DNA of 63,851 nucleotides, the filler included, from Asterionella formosa (Eukaryota): assembly GCA_002256025.1 (NCBI GenBank). It is 9 parts of 9 records of this genome, joined end to end, with 100 filler letters (N's around TTAATTAATTAA, not from the genome) between each part and the next. Parts side by side here need not be neighbours in the genome. Positions count along the whole stretch, not along the records: positions 42,669 to 49,666 come from NKIB01012552.1; positions 49,767 to 56,756 come from NKIB01012553.1; positions 56,857 to 63,851 come from NKIB01012554.1; 6 more parts are not named here. One strand, given 5' to 3'. Below, one piece after another: positions 48,028 through 57,672 of this stretch. Positions within the stretch are counted from its first letter, which is position 1; each line of letters opens with the position of its first letter. The position numbers were made by a program, and so were the translations under genes. The notes under the pieces are model-generated. The model was not told the DNA's origin. It ran no database searches and saw only the letters and a program-made list of their open reading frames with translations.

Positions 48028-49190
48028 TCATATTATATTAGAATGAATTAATTTTAGGTCATTCATCATCACTACTACTACCACTGGTGTTAGACATTGA
48101 GTTGAGGCAGACAAAGTTTGTTGTGCATTGGCACCTGCTGTTGAGGTTTGATTTTGGCTTTGCATTGTTTGCTGCATTGACATCATGTTCAAAGCAATAA
48201 TTGAATTCATCATTGCCTGAAAGGGATCAGCTTTGTCAATGGAGGTGGTTGTTTGAGATACCCCACGATTCAACAATGATGCCATTATTGACATCATCAT
48301 CATGTTCTGTTACTGTTGTTATTGCTGCTGCTGCTGCTGCTGCAGGTTATCAGTATCAGTTCGAGTAGCCTTGTGAAGCAACTGCGTCGAAAGAAGAGAA
48401 AGCACTTTCTCAACAGGCCCAGTGTTGCTCAACACTGCCTTGCCATAGGTTGAGGAAATCTTGAACCAGAGAAATTAGCATATTAGGCGGCAGATGTTGC
48501 TCCACCATTGTCTTCACTCTCCCCAGAAATCGCTGTAAAAGCATCATCAACATTTGACTCATCAATATTGGGCTCATTGTGTTCCCTCTCTATTCCAAAA
48601 TCAGTGGAGTCAATCTCAGCACTTGCATCTGCTCGTTGCTCTATTCTTCGAAAAATTTATTTAGCATGTCTCACCTCAGCAGGGCATGTTGGGTCCCCAG
48701 TTGGTTTCTTACTAACTTTGTGCAGCTGTGTAAGCTTTCGGCGAAGTGAAGGTCCTGTCCGTTCTTTGTCTGGGAAATTTTCGTTGTGCTGTGAAGCAAC
48801 AACTTCCCATTCATGGGACCCAATTGGCAGGTGAGTAGAAATGGCGTCCAGCAATGAGAGGATCGCATTGATCCTGAACTGTTGACCCCGACTCTGCATG
48901 CTTCGGCGAGCTCTTGGAAACTTTGGTGCTCGCCTGGCAGTTGCCGTTCTTGAAACTGAACTAGTAGGAGCACGTGAAAAATCGTTGTTGTTCCTTGATG
49001 GGGACTGAGTAACCCCAGAAACACCAATTTGAGAAACACCTGGGACACCTATCCTACTGTCCTCATCGTCACTGGCAAACTCATCAGTACCATTGTCATC
49101 TTCATTTTTGTTGTTGTCATCATCCTCCTCCTTGCTCTTCTTCTGGTTGAGTCTGTTGTTGAGAGGGTTTTGTCATAGGGGCATGGTTCG
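48028..49190 (-). mobile_element. Degenerate Harbinger partner ORF (Myb/SANT-like, DUF6818-type), convergent with the transposase
   Basis: LLDAISTHLPIGSHEWEVVASQHNENFP..RT..SLRRKL..L.....PTGDPTCPAEVRHAK, followed by a Q/M-rich tail. Confidence 0.7.
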
Positions 49191-50283
49191 CAGAAATGCG
49201 AGTTCTGACAAAGTACCATCCAGGGTACCAGGTAACCAAGAATTTATGTGGTCATATTCTTCTTAATGTAGTAGCAATTCCCGCTCCAGCTATCGTCTTG
49301 CCATTCGGGTACTTCTAAGTAATTTTTAGTCTCTAAGTAATTTCTTAAGTAATTTTTATTTAAGGGAAATATGGGGCACATCGAATTTTTCGGCAATAAA
49401 ATTGCCGATTTTAGCATGACAACCAAAATAACGGTAATATGCATGGAGATGGTACAACAAGCGTAAAACACACGAGAATGATTGTAACATGCAACATCAA
49501 TGAAAATTGAACATGATGTTTGGAGCAACCAAAGTATGAAATGCGATGTAATAAGTAGCATCAAATGAGAAATAGAAAAAATTGTTTTGGGTTAGAAATG
49601 AAATAAAAAATAAGAGTTCCAATGGAGATGTATGCATTGTGAATCATTGTAGTACTTACACACCAGNNNNNNNNNNNNNNNNNNNNNNNNNNNNNNNNNN
49701 NNNNNNNNNNTTAATTAATTAANNNNNNNNNNNNNNNNNNNNNNNNNNNNNNNNNNNNNNNNNNNNGATCAAACAGCATCTGGCCTAAGTTGAGACAGGC
49801 CAAGATTAAGACAAATGTGTATTTAGGAAGAGGATGTAGTTTATTCTCAGTTCAAGTTGGGAACACAAATGAACCTCGCCTCCGAAGATCACCTCTATTT
49901 TGAAACATGCATGAGCTTGGAAGTTTCAAAATCATACATTCAAATTTACATTAAGCTCACTCTTTTATAAAAACAATTATTAGCAAACAAAGTAAAACAA
50001 ACAAATTGTGTAGAAACATTTTTCTAGCAAATTTTACTGCGTGAGAGCTACAGATACGTAGCATCTACCAACTAATATGTATATACCGGTATGCATGCAT
50101 TAGGTAATTTCATCCCGGGATGTTTCTTAAAATAATTTCGCCAACAATTTCATTTTGCGTATCGTGAAAATATAAATAATCAAAATGGGAACAAAGTTGT
50201 GATTACCCACAACATTGCATTCAAAACAACTCCCTCCCCTTCCCCTTGCATGAACTTTCCGCTACATCATACGGATAATCGAA

Positions 50284-51987
50284 ATGATGAAATCGTCATC
50301 ATTATCTTTACCTGTCATTAAAGTTCAAGAATCAGCAAGCATCAGGAAACGAAAGCCGCACGTCGATGGAATGGCATTGCTCTTCCTTGGCATCATTGTT
50401 TCCGTTTCCATCAGTTCCTTCTACACTGCACAATACCATCAATCCAGCGATATCACTACTAATTCCACTTCTCATAGTATAGCCAAGGAGTCATGGATAG
50501 AAGAAGCCAAACGTCATTCCATTCGGTCGAGAGCCGCGCAACAGCAATCGACAAGCAACGAGAGATTTGTTATCGACAGTACAGTCGACACTTTGGCGGT
50601 AGTGCAAGCATCGTTGTTGGATCTTGCTGACGGCGATCATCGAGGAACGTTCAAACGGAAAGAATCAATAGTCCAAGAAAGCGAGCAGAAATGTAGATAT
50701 GAAGGACACTGTCCAGTCGGAACTACCTGTGCCAAACCCACAACCACTACTAGTATTATGGACAGCCCAGGGAGTTGTGAAGCCTACATTCCGTCAGAAT
50801 CAATCACAGAATCAGACCCATGCATTGCATCATGTCTTGAAGAATTAACCTGGGATGAGCAATTCTATTTTGACTCGAAAGTGAACATTGAAAGCATGTG
50901 GAACACATTGTCCTCGCGACGGCCGGATGGTTGTATCATCCAATATCATCGGACCCCCCAAACTCCGTGGGATGGATTTAACATTGACGCATGGAAACAA
51001 GCAGTCCAAAATCACCATGTCCTTAGGGTTGATCCTGTCAAAGATAATGACGAACGTCAAGCATGGAAGGCCTTTTGTTATGCACCTTGTAGTACTAGTG
51101 CAAGCTGCGGTGATCTCTTTGTCTGTAACCAGCAATCTAGTCAGTGTGAGCCGGAACCGGAGTACTGGACACCTACCAATGCCACCAAACATGACATGGT
51201 CATTGTCACAGGTGCAACATCGGGATATTTCCATGCCATGGAAAATTTGGTTGGTTCATGCCTGTATTGGGCTCCAGAGCATTCAGTGGTAATTTACAAT
51301 CTAGGATTGACCGACGAGCAATTGTCTACAGCACAATCATGGCCAAATGTGATTCACATCAGGTGGAAAGATGGATTTCCAGATCAATTTCCAGATCATG
51401 TGAAACAAGGCAAAATCTATGCCTGGAAACCAATAGCCATGAATGAATCAGTTCATGAATATGGAAATATCTTTTGGTTAGATGCGGGAAATACATTAAC
51501 TGGCCCCATGGATCCCGCAGAAAAAATTGTCCACCAGACTGGGATTTTTTTAGTTCGAGGCCAGGATGAGAATATGGAACCAAAGTCGCATCCATCCACG
51601 TACCAGTATTTGGGTTTCGACAAAACCACTTTTCAAGGTGGACCACATTACAGTGGAAACACTCAGGCATACTTGTTCCCCTCCCGCTACATTGACACTA
51701 TTGTCAAACCCAATGCTGCGTGTGCCATGGACCCGGCATGTGTCTGTCCAGATCAGAGTAACCTTGGCAACCATAGGTATGATCAAACAACCCTGTCAGT
51801 CTTGACATATCAGCATCACCTCATGGTGCCGGCTCGAACTGAGTACTTGGCTGCTTCAAGTAGTCAATTGAATAATGATTTGATGAAACCATCATTTATG
51901 TTTGTGTGGACTGCGAGAAAAAGTTGTGATACATATGCCAACTGGATGAAGCGACTATACAATGATAAAATGCAACATGGCAAATGA
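50284..51987 (+). CDS. DUF1647-type putative GT-A glycosyltransferase, type II membrane, with Cys-rich stem
   Basis: N-terminal TM helix. Motifs IVTGATSGYF, VVIYNLGL, FPDHV, YAWKP, FWLDAG and NHRYDQT. Intact 567-aa ORF. Confidence 0.8.
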   Translation: MMKSSSLSLPVIKVQESASIRKRKPHVDGMALLFLGIIVSVSISSFYTAQYHQSSDITTNSTSHSIAKESWIEEAKRHSIRSRAAQQQSTSNERFVIDSTVDTLAVVQASLLDLADGDHRGTFKRKESIVQESEQKCRYEGHCPVGTTCAKPTTTTSIMDSPGSCEAYIPSESITESDPCIASCLEELTWDEQFYFDSKVNIESMWNTLSSRRPDGCIIQYHRTPQTPWDGFNIDAWKQAVQNHHVLRVDPVKDNDERQAWKAFCYAPCSTSASCGDLFVCNQQSSQCEPEPEYWTPTNATKHDMVIVTGATSGYFHAMENLVGSCLYWAPEHSVVIYNLGLTDEQLSTAQSWPNVIHIRWKDGFPDQFPDHVKQGKIYAWKPIAMNESVHEYGNIFWLDAGNTLTGPMDPAEKIVHQTGIFLVRGQDENMEPKSHPSTYQYLGFDKTTFQGGPHYSGNTQAYLFPSRYIDTIVKPNAACAMDPACVCPDQSNLGNHRYDQTTLSVLTYQHHLMVPARTEYLAASSSQLNNDLMKPSFMFVWTARKSCDTYANWMKRLYNDKMQHGK

Positions 51988-52869
51988 ACCATAATACTGA
52001 AACTATGAAATGATGCACTGGTAGACTTTCCATTTTTGTTCCTTATATTCTTATATCTAATGGATCATCTTCTTTATATAACAGCTAGGATAGAGGTATG
52101 AAGTCAGGGGAGCCATCATTCCTAGCAGGATACGAAAGCAAAAAATGATGGATCCTATCCTCACATCGCTCTTATTAACATTCAATAGATGTAGTAATCA
52201 AAGGACAGCGGCTGTTGACCGAACATCATGGTGTTTGTAATGCACATTAAGTGCAAGTGTGAGTGAAGCAAGAGTGATATTTTTTGACTGCTTGGAATTC
52301 CAGAGGTAATTCGATGAAAGACACAACAAGAAGGACATTTGAGAAGACCGGGTCTCATACATGTCCAAGGGTTCATTTCCAGATCAGCGTTTCTTATGTT
52401 CTTGCGTCGCACCGACATGTTACAGCTGTTATGGGTCATGAAGGGAACACCAAGTGGTTTTAGCCAGCCAAACTAGCACACTGCGGCATGTCCACGACAA
52501 TAAAGTCCATCGACTGACCATGAGCCAAACCCATGGGATGTGGCTTATAATCGTCCTCCCGCGAGAGCAATGGATCATTCCATTGGTCAGCAACCAACAG
52601 CGACAAGAACCACATTTTGATTTATCATTGTTACTCATGGTTGTGTGATATTATATCTCATGGTAACTTTTATGACGTCACACGTCATTGGCTTCCATTT
52701 GGTTCCTTTGCTGCAGTTACCGGTATATATTTTATTATATCCACACTTGTTCCAATGTGTCAACTGCCATCAGTTTCGATTACTCTTTGACTCCCAAAGT
52801 CAATATAGTACAGATTAATCCAACTTACAATATCTAGAATTTACTTCCGAAAGTACGTTGTTAGCTAGA

Positions 52870-53519
52870 TTACCTTCAGACTATAGTTCAATCTCATACA
52901 TTGAGATAGCTATTATTGCAGGTTATTAGAGCCCTTTTACGTTTCCATTCTAAAATGTACATTATTTATTTATTTGTTGTTCTTCTTCCTCCTCATTGAG
53001 AAGATGATAACTCCGACTCCTTCCATCCCTGGAAGCGCTCGCCCACTTGGTATTACTTCTTCCACGCCTGCTCTATCCATCTCTCATGTTATTCATGATC
53101 CACCAGCACCTCCTGGTACTCTCACTAAGCTCTATCGCTATCTCTTCTCTTCTGCCAATCCTGCATCTGCTGTTCCTATTCCTTTGGAGGTCCGATTTTC
53201 GCTTTTTCCTTGTGGCGCTGTTGTAAATTTTCAACCCACCACTTCTACCTACCCAGTCCGTGTTACTGTTGTCTCCATTGACAGCGATGTTCCTGACCAG
53301 CTTCTCTACACTGTTCGCCCCTCAGACGGTGTTCTCATTGTCCCCACTGTTCTCCCTTTTCCCACCACCGGTGCTCTTAGCTACTCTAATTTTGCTTCTG
53401 GTGAACCCCTCCTTATGCGCGCAAAGCTCAAACAAGTGCTCGATGGCGGTGATCCCACTCAGGTTACCTTCAGACTATAGTTCATAGTTCAATCTCATAC
53501 ATTGAGATAGCTATTATCA
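52870..53519 (+). mobile_element. Small non-autonomous LTR-like (TRIM-like) element
   Basis: The direct repeat TTACCTTCAGACTATAGTTC...TGAGATAGCTATTAT lies at 52870-52916 and 53464-53517. The 3' copy is bounded TGAT...ATCA (53450-53519). A PBS-like GGTTATTAGAGCCC follows the 5' copy. The internal ORF is Pro/Ser-rich. Confidence 0.5.
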
Positions 53520-53936
53520 TCGCAATGGTGCCGAATTTTCCACTCGACGGTACCCATTTCACAACAATATGCCAACCACAATCCTTCGTTCACGATAAGC
53601 TTTGAAAAATGCAACACCTTGCCCCCATTCTAAGCCATAGTCTAGCCATCATACCAGTGGTGCCTTTTCGGCATCCTTCTATGTTGTCCATCCATTGTCA
53701 AAAATCCGGTGTTTCCTTTGTACTACATTTCTTCAGATCAACAACGTTTCTTTCCAAAAAAGCAACACGATGCAGCTCGTTTCATAAACTACAACCCAGG
53801 CTATTCATAGAAGCATATGGCTGCTGGTCCAACAAATATGTACCACCCTGGAAGGTTTATTCCGAATCAGTGTTGGTACCGCCTGTTGTAACAACTACCG
53901 TATTCGACCGTATCGTAGGCCTTGAACCTAGTACTG

Positions 53937-54244
53937 TGTTAATCGAATACAGTTGATGAAATTGATAGCAACGAGGAAGAAGTTGTCAAACTTAAACTTT
54001 CACTTTACTAACTGGATTGTTTCGAGATAATGGTCTCGAAACAGTCTTATTACCGGTACTCACATTGCATTTTAACATTTTTTCCTGACCTCTGATTGCT
54101 TTTCCTTGCGTTGTGCCTTTTACCACGTCAGCCCAGGTAAATCTTGGTAGCGGCTGTACGGTTTTAACTGTAGTACTGTTCTCTCTCGTGTCTACTATAC
54201 CCTTCACGCCTGTCCTGTGGCAGTCAGCTCGCATTTTTCCAACA
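53937..54244 (-). repeat. Putative 3' LTR (TGTTGG...TTAACA) after the PPT GAGGAGCG
   Basis: The GAGGAGCG|TGTTGG junction lies in the ERVG codons. The far end is inferred from the TGTT inverted terminus only. Confidence 0.55.
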
Positions 54245-56756
54245 CGCTCCTCGGCTGTTGCCAGGGAACTGGCAGTCAGGGTATCGACGTGCGCAGCTCC
54301 TAGAAGCACATTTCGGAATGTTCTGAACAGGTTTCCTTGCAGTGGTTTCGTAAAAAAATCCCCCAACATTTCCAACGTTGGACAATGGCGAATGGTGATT
54401 CCTTCATCTACCGATCGATCCTTAATCCAGAAATAGCGGATGTTGATATGCCGAGACTTTGGCCCTGCCGAAATTCGTCCGTTCTTCTCGAGTTTAATTG
54501 CGCTCTCGTTGTCTTGTTCGAAGAAACTTTCTTGAACCTTGTATCCCTGTGCTTCAAGAAACATTTTTACCCACAGCGTGTTTGGGAGATAATCGCTGGC
54601 ACCCACAAATTCAGACTCCGTCGAACTCTTTGTGTTCAATTTCTGCTTGGTCGACTTGCATATGATGCCTCCAGTTCCAAAATACATCACGCCACCGGTG
54701 TGGCTCTTCATGTCAGGGTGCACGGGAAAAGCCGCATCCACCCACGACCTCATCTTGCCCATGTCGTCGGCTCCAATGGTGTATTCCACATCCATACTTC
54801 CATTTATGTATTCCAACACCCGTCGTAGCTTTCACTGATCTTGTTCGGTGCTTTTTGATAACCTGGTGCATAGGAAACTGACCGCCAGTAGCAAATCCGC
54901 TCTTGCCCTGATCGAAACGTAAAGCAGTTTCACCACTACACTATGGAAAATCACGGCTTCGTTCTGGCTCAGAAAAGGAGACTCCTCATCCACTTCAAAT
55001 AAACACTTCTGGGCTGGCGTGGCCACTTCCCGTGTGATTTCCATCCCTGACTCGCTCAATGCTTCCTTAAGATATTCCTTCATAGTAATGACAGCTGTGC
55101 CCTTGCCTGTGTATTGTATGTGCATACCCAGGAAAATGTGCTCTGTTCCTCTGGTGACAGTCATTTTGTCAAAACGCCCCTCGATTTTTTCGATAATTGA
55201 TGTCACGACGTCCGGGTCCACATGCGAAATCTTGTTGTCGTCTACATACCACGCAATCGTGCACTGCTTCCCGTTGATTTTGCAGTTAGCAATGCAAGAG
55301 TCGTAAGGGTTTAACACAAAACCCATCTCTTTTAGGGTGTTGTGGAATAAATCATACCATAGGAGGGCAGATTTGACGCACCCATAGATCGCTTTCACTA
55401 GCCTGTTGTACAACACTTTGTTTCCTTTCTCGTTGGACACAAAATTCGTGTGCTCTGGGTTCATGTTGCATAATATATCGACTGATTCACCAGTGAATTT
55501 CTTGACAACAAAATCATCCATATCTGCTTTCAAATACGCACCCGCCACATCTGCTGTGGCGACATCTCTTCCTTCATGTGCATCAATCATGATGGACAAC
55601 ATGAGTGCATCGGTGGATACTGTTGGGGATGCCGTCTGCGACTTGTCATAAAGTGATCGCTGCGGTCTCCCGTCGGCTAGTACTGTACGCCCCTTGAGGC
55701 GCCCGTCTCTCTTCTCTTTGATGAGATTGATGGCTCGGAGCACTCCCGTCCTCTGTTCCCTGGTAAGGGAGTTCGCACTTACGGGTTCGTACACATCCAG
55801 CTCCTCTAGTTGTGCAAATTCTTTCATCAGGGCGGCCTCCGCCGCTTTCCCGTGTTTCTTTATTCCCGCCTTCGCGGTCATCTGGTTCATTACATACCCA
55901 AAAATATGTTTACTTGTGTTGTCGTCTGCGTATGGCATCGTTGTTCGAAATCCGCGTTGTACGAACTGTCTTGGTGGAAAGTATGACTTGTTGCTATGCG
56001 GTGCATCAATGGCTTGCTTGAACTGTTCACTTATGGCTGCCCGGCGTTGTCGGAGATTATATGGTCTGTGTTCCTCTTCCGCCAACGCTCCTTGATCTGC
56101 CACCTCGTAGTCGTTGTCAGAACCCGTTTCTTGATTGGCTTCTTCAATGATCGCTGTCTCTTCCATAGGCCCTCCTTGGTTTTCGCCGATAGGCGCCCCT
56201 TGTTCCAAGTGCGCTCCTTGGTTTTCGTTGTGTTCTTGTTGTATGTAGTCATTGTAGACAAACACGACGTCATCAATGTCGATCGTGTTTGTGTTTGGGT
56301 CTCCTGGGTTCGGCTCGACTGGATTTGGCTCGGCTAGCGGTGCATCGTCCAAAGCCGTAGGGTGTGGCCCATCATGGAGCAGATCGGCAACTTCGTGATC
56401 ATCGATGGCATCAAAGTCCGTGGGGTTAAAATCGTCAATAGGTTGGCGTGCGGCAGGCTTGTAGTCCCGGTCGTATTCGTCGTTGTCAATGTGGTGATTG
56501 GCGCGCCATTCTACAACTAGGCCTCTGGCCTGGATGGGGGGCTGCCCCTCGTGTGCCGCGAGCGCCTCCACGCAGGCAATGGCGGTGTCCGTCATGGGCA
56601 ACTCCGTCCAATTATGTCGGGAAATCTTTTTGCCGGTTGCGAGAGACATGAAGTAGTAGTCACCTTGGGCATTGCCAGTGGGGGTGAGGGCAATTGCCCC
56701 GAGGGAACGCGCTTGAAGGGTGTTGGATGGGTCGTTGTCTTCAAAAACTTGGACGT
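53937..56756 (-). mobile_element. Copia (CoDi group II-type) retrotransposon 3' half: end of integrase, RT, RNase H and 3' LTR. Cut by the contig edge
   Basis: RT motifs KEKRDGRLKGR, ASPTVSTDAL, ADVAGAYL, KAIYGCVKSALLWY and WYVDDNKISH. RNase H motifs WVDAAF, KSSTESE, QDNESAI, RHINIRYF and DFFTKPLQG. One TGA at 54832-54834 interrupts the frame. Confidence 0.92.
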
Positions 56757-57672
56757 NNNNNNNNNNNNNNNNNNNNNNNNNNNNNNNNNNNNNNNNNNNN
56801 TTAATTAATTAANNNNNNNNNNNNNNNNNNNNNNNNNNNNNNNNNNNNNNNNNNNNCTCCTGGTCGTACACACGGATGAGCGTTGGTCAAGCAAACTCGA
56901 TTCACACGAGGCCAGCGCTCTCGTCTGACGTTGCCGCCACAACAGCTACCGGTACGTATGCTACCAGGTAGTTACTACTGGAGTAGTCTACCGGTAGTAA
57001 CTATGAACGAGCTGTATCCGAAAGTGGATAATGCACAGCGCACACACAAGACTGCAAAAAGAGTCGTTCGACAGAAAGGAGCATTCCTTCCTGCTGTAGC
57101 CTGGTGTACCAGTACCAGGTACCTATCATACGAGTAGAGTACATACCGGCACAATCATCATCACCTACCTAATATTTCGATTGCCTTCTACCGGGTAGAC
57201 AGGTTTGAGATCCAACCAACCTACCGCTAGCTACCCCAAGTACCGGGGTACTGGTACCTGTTATTCAACCACAACCACAACCAATCGCAAACGACGCAGG
57301 TGAACGCATCACACAACCACACACAACACAACACTCCTTGTGCTGATTCTGATCTGATCTGATCTGTTTCCACAACGCCATCGCTTCCTTTCGTCACGGA
57401 TTAGACTCGTGTCGAATAGTCGTAGCATCCGATCGTTCCTGTGGTTCCATACTATTTATTAGTGTGTTGTTGTTATTGTTAGATTCAGGGTTGGTTCTTG
57501 CAGTAAGTGAGTGAGTGAGTGAGAGAGTAACAAGGAGAGCGAGCTGTCAGCCATATTAATTTAGTTCATCAGTTTTATTTCAATATAATAATAATTATTT
57601 TTATTATTATTATTACAATAATAACAAGATACAGAAGCAGCAGAAGCAGCAGCTGAACAGTTTGGAAGCAAA

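Noticed and set aside
54832..54834. Stop-codon readthrough between RT and RNase H
   Set aside because: The stop is inside a conserved pol region. A point mutation such as CGA>TGA is simpler and fits the CpG decay seen elsewhere.
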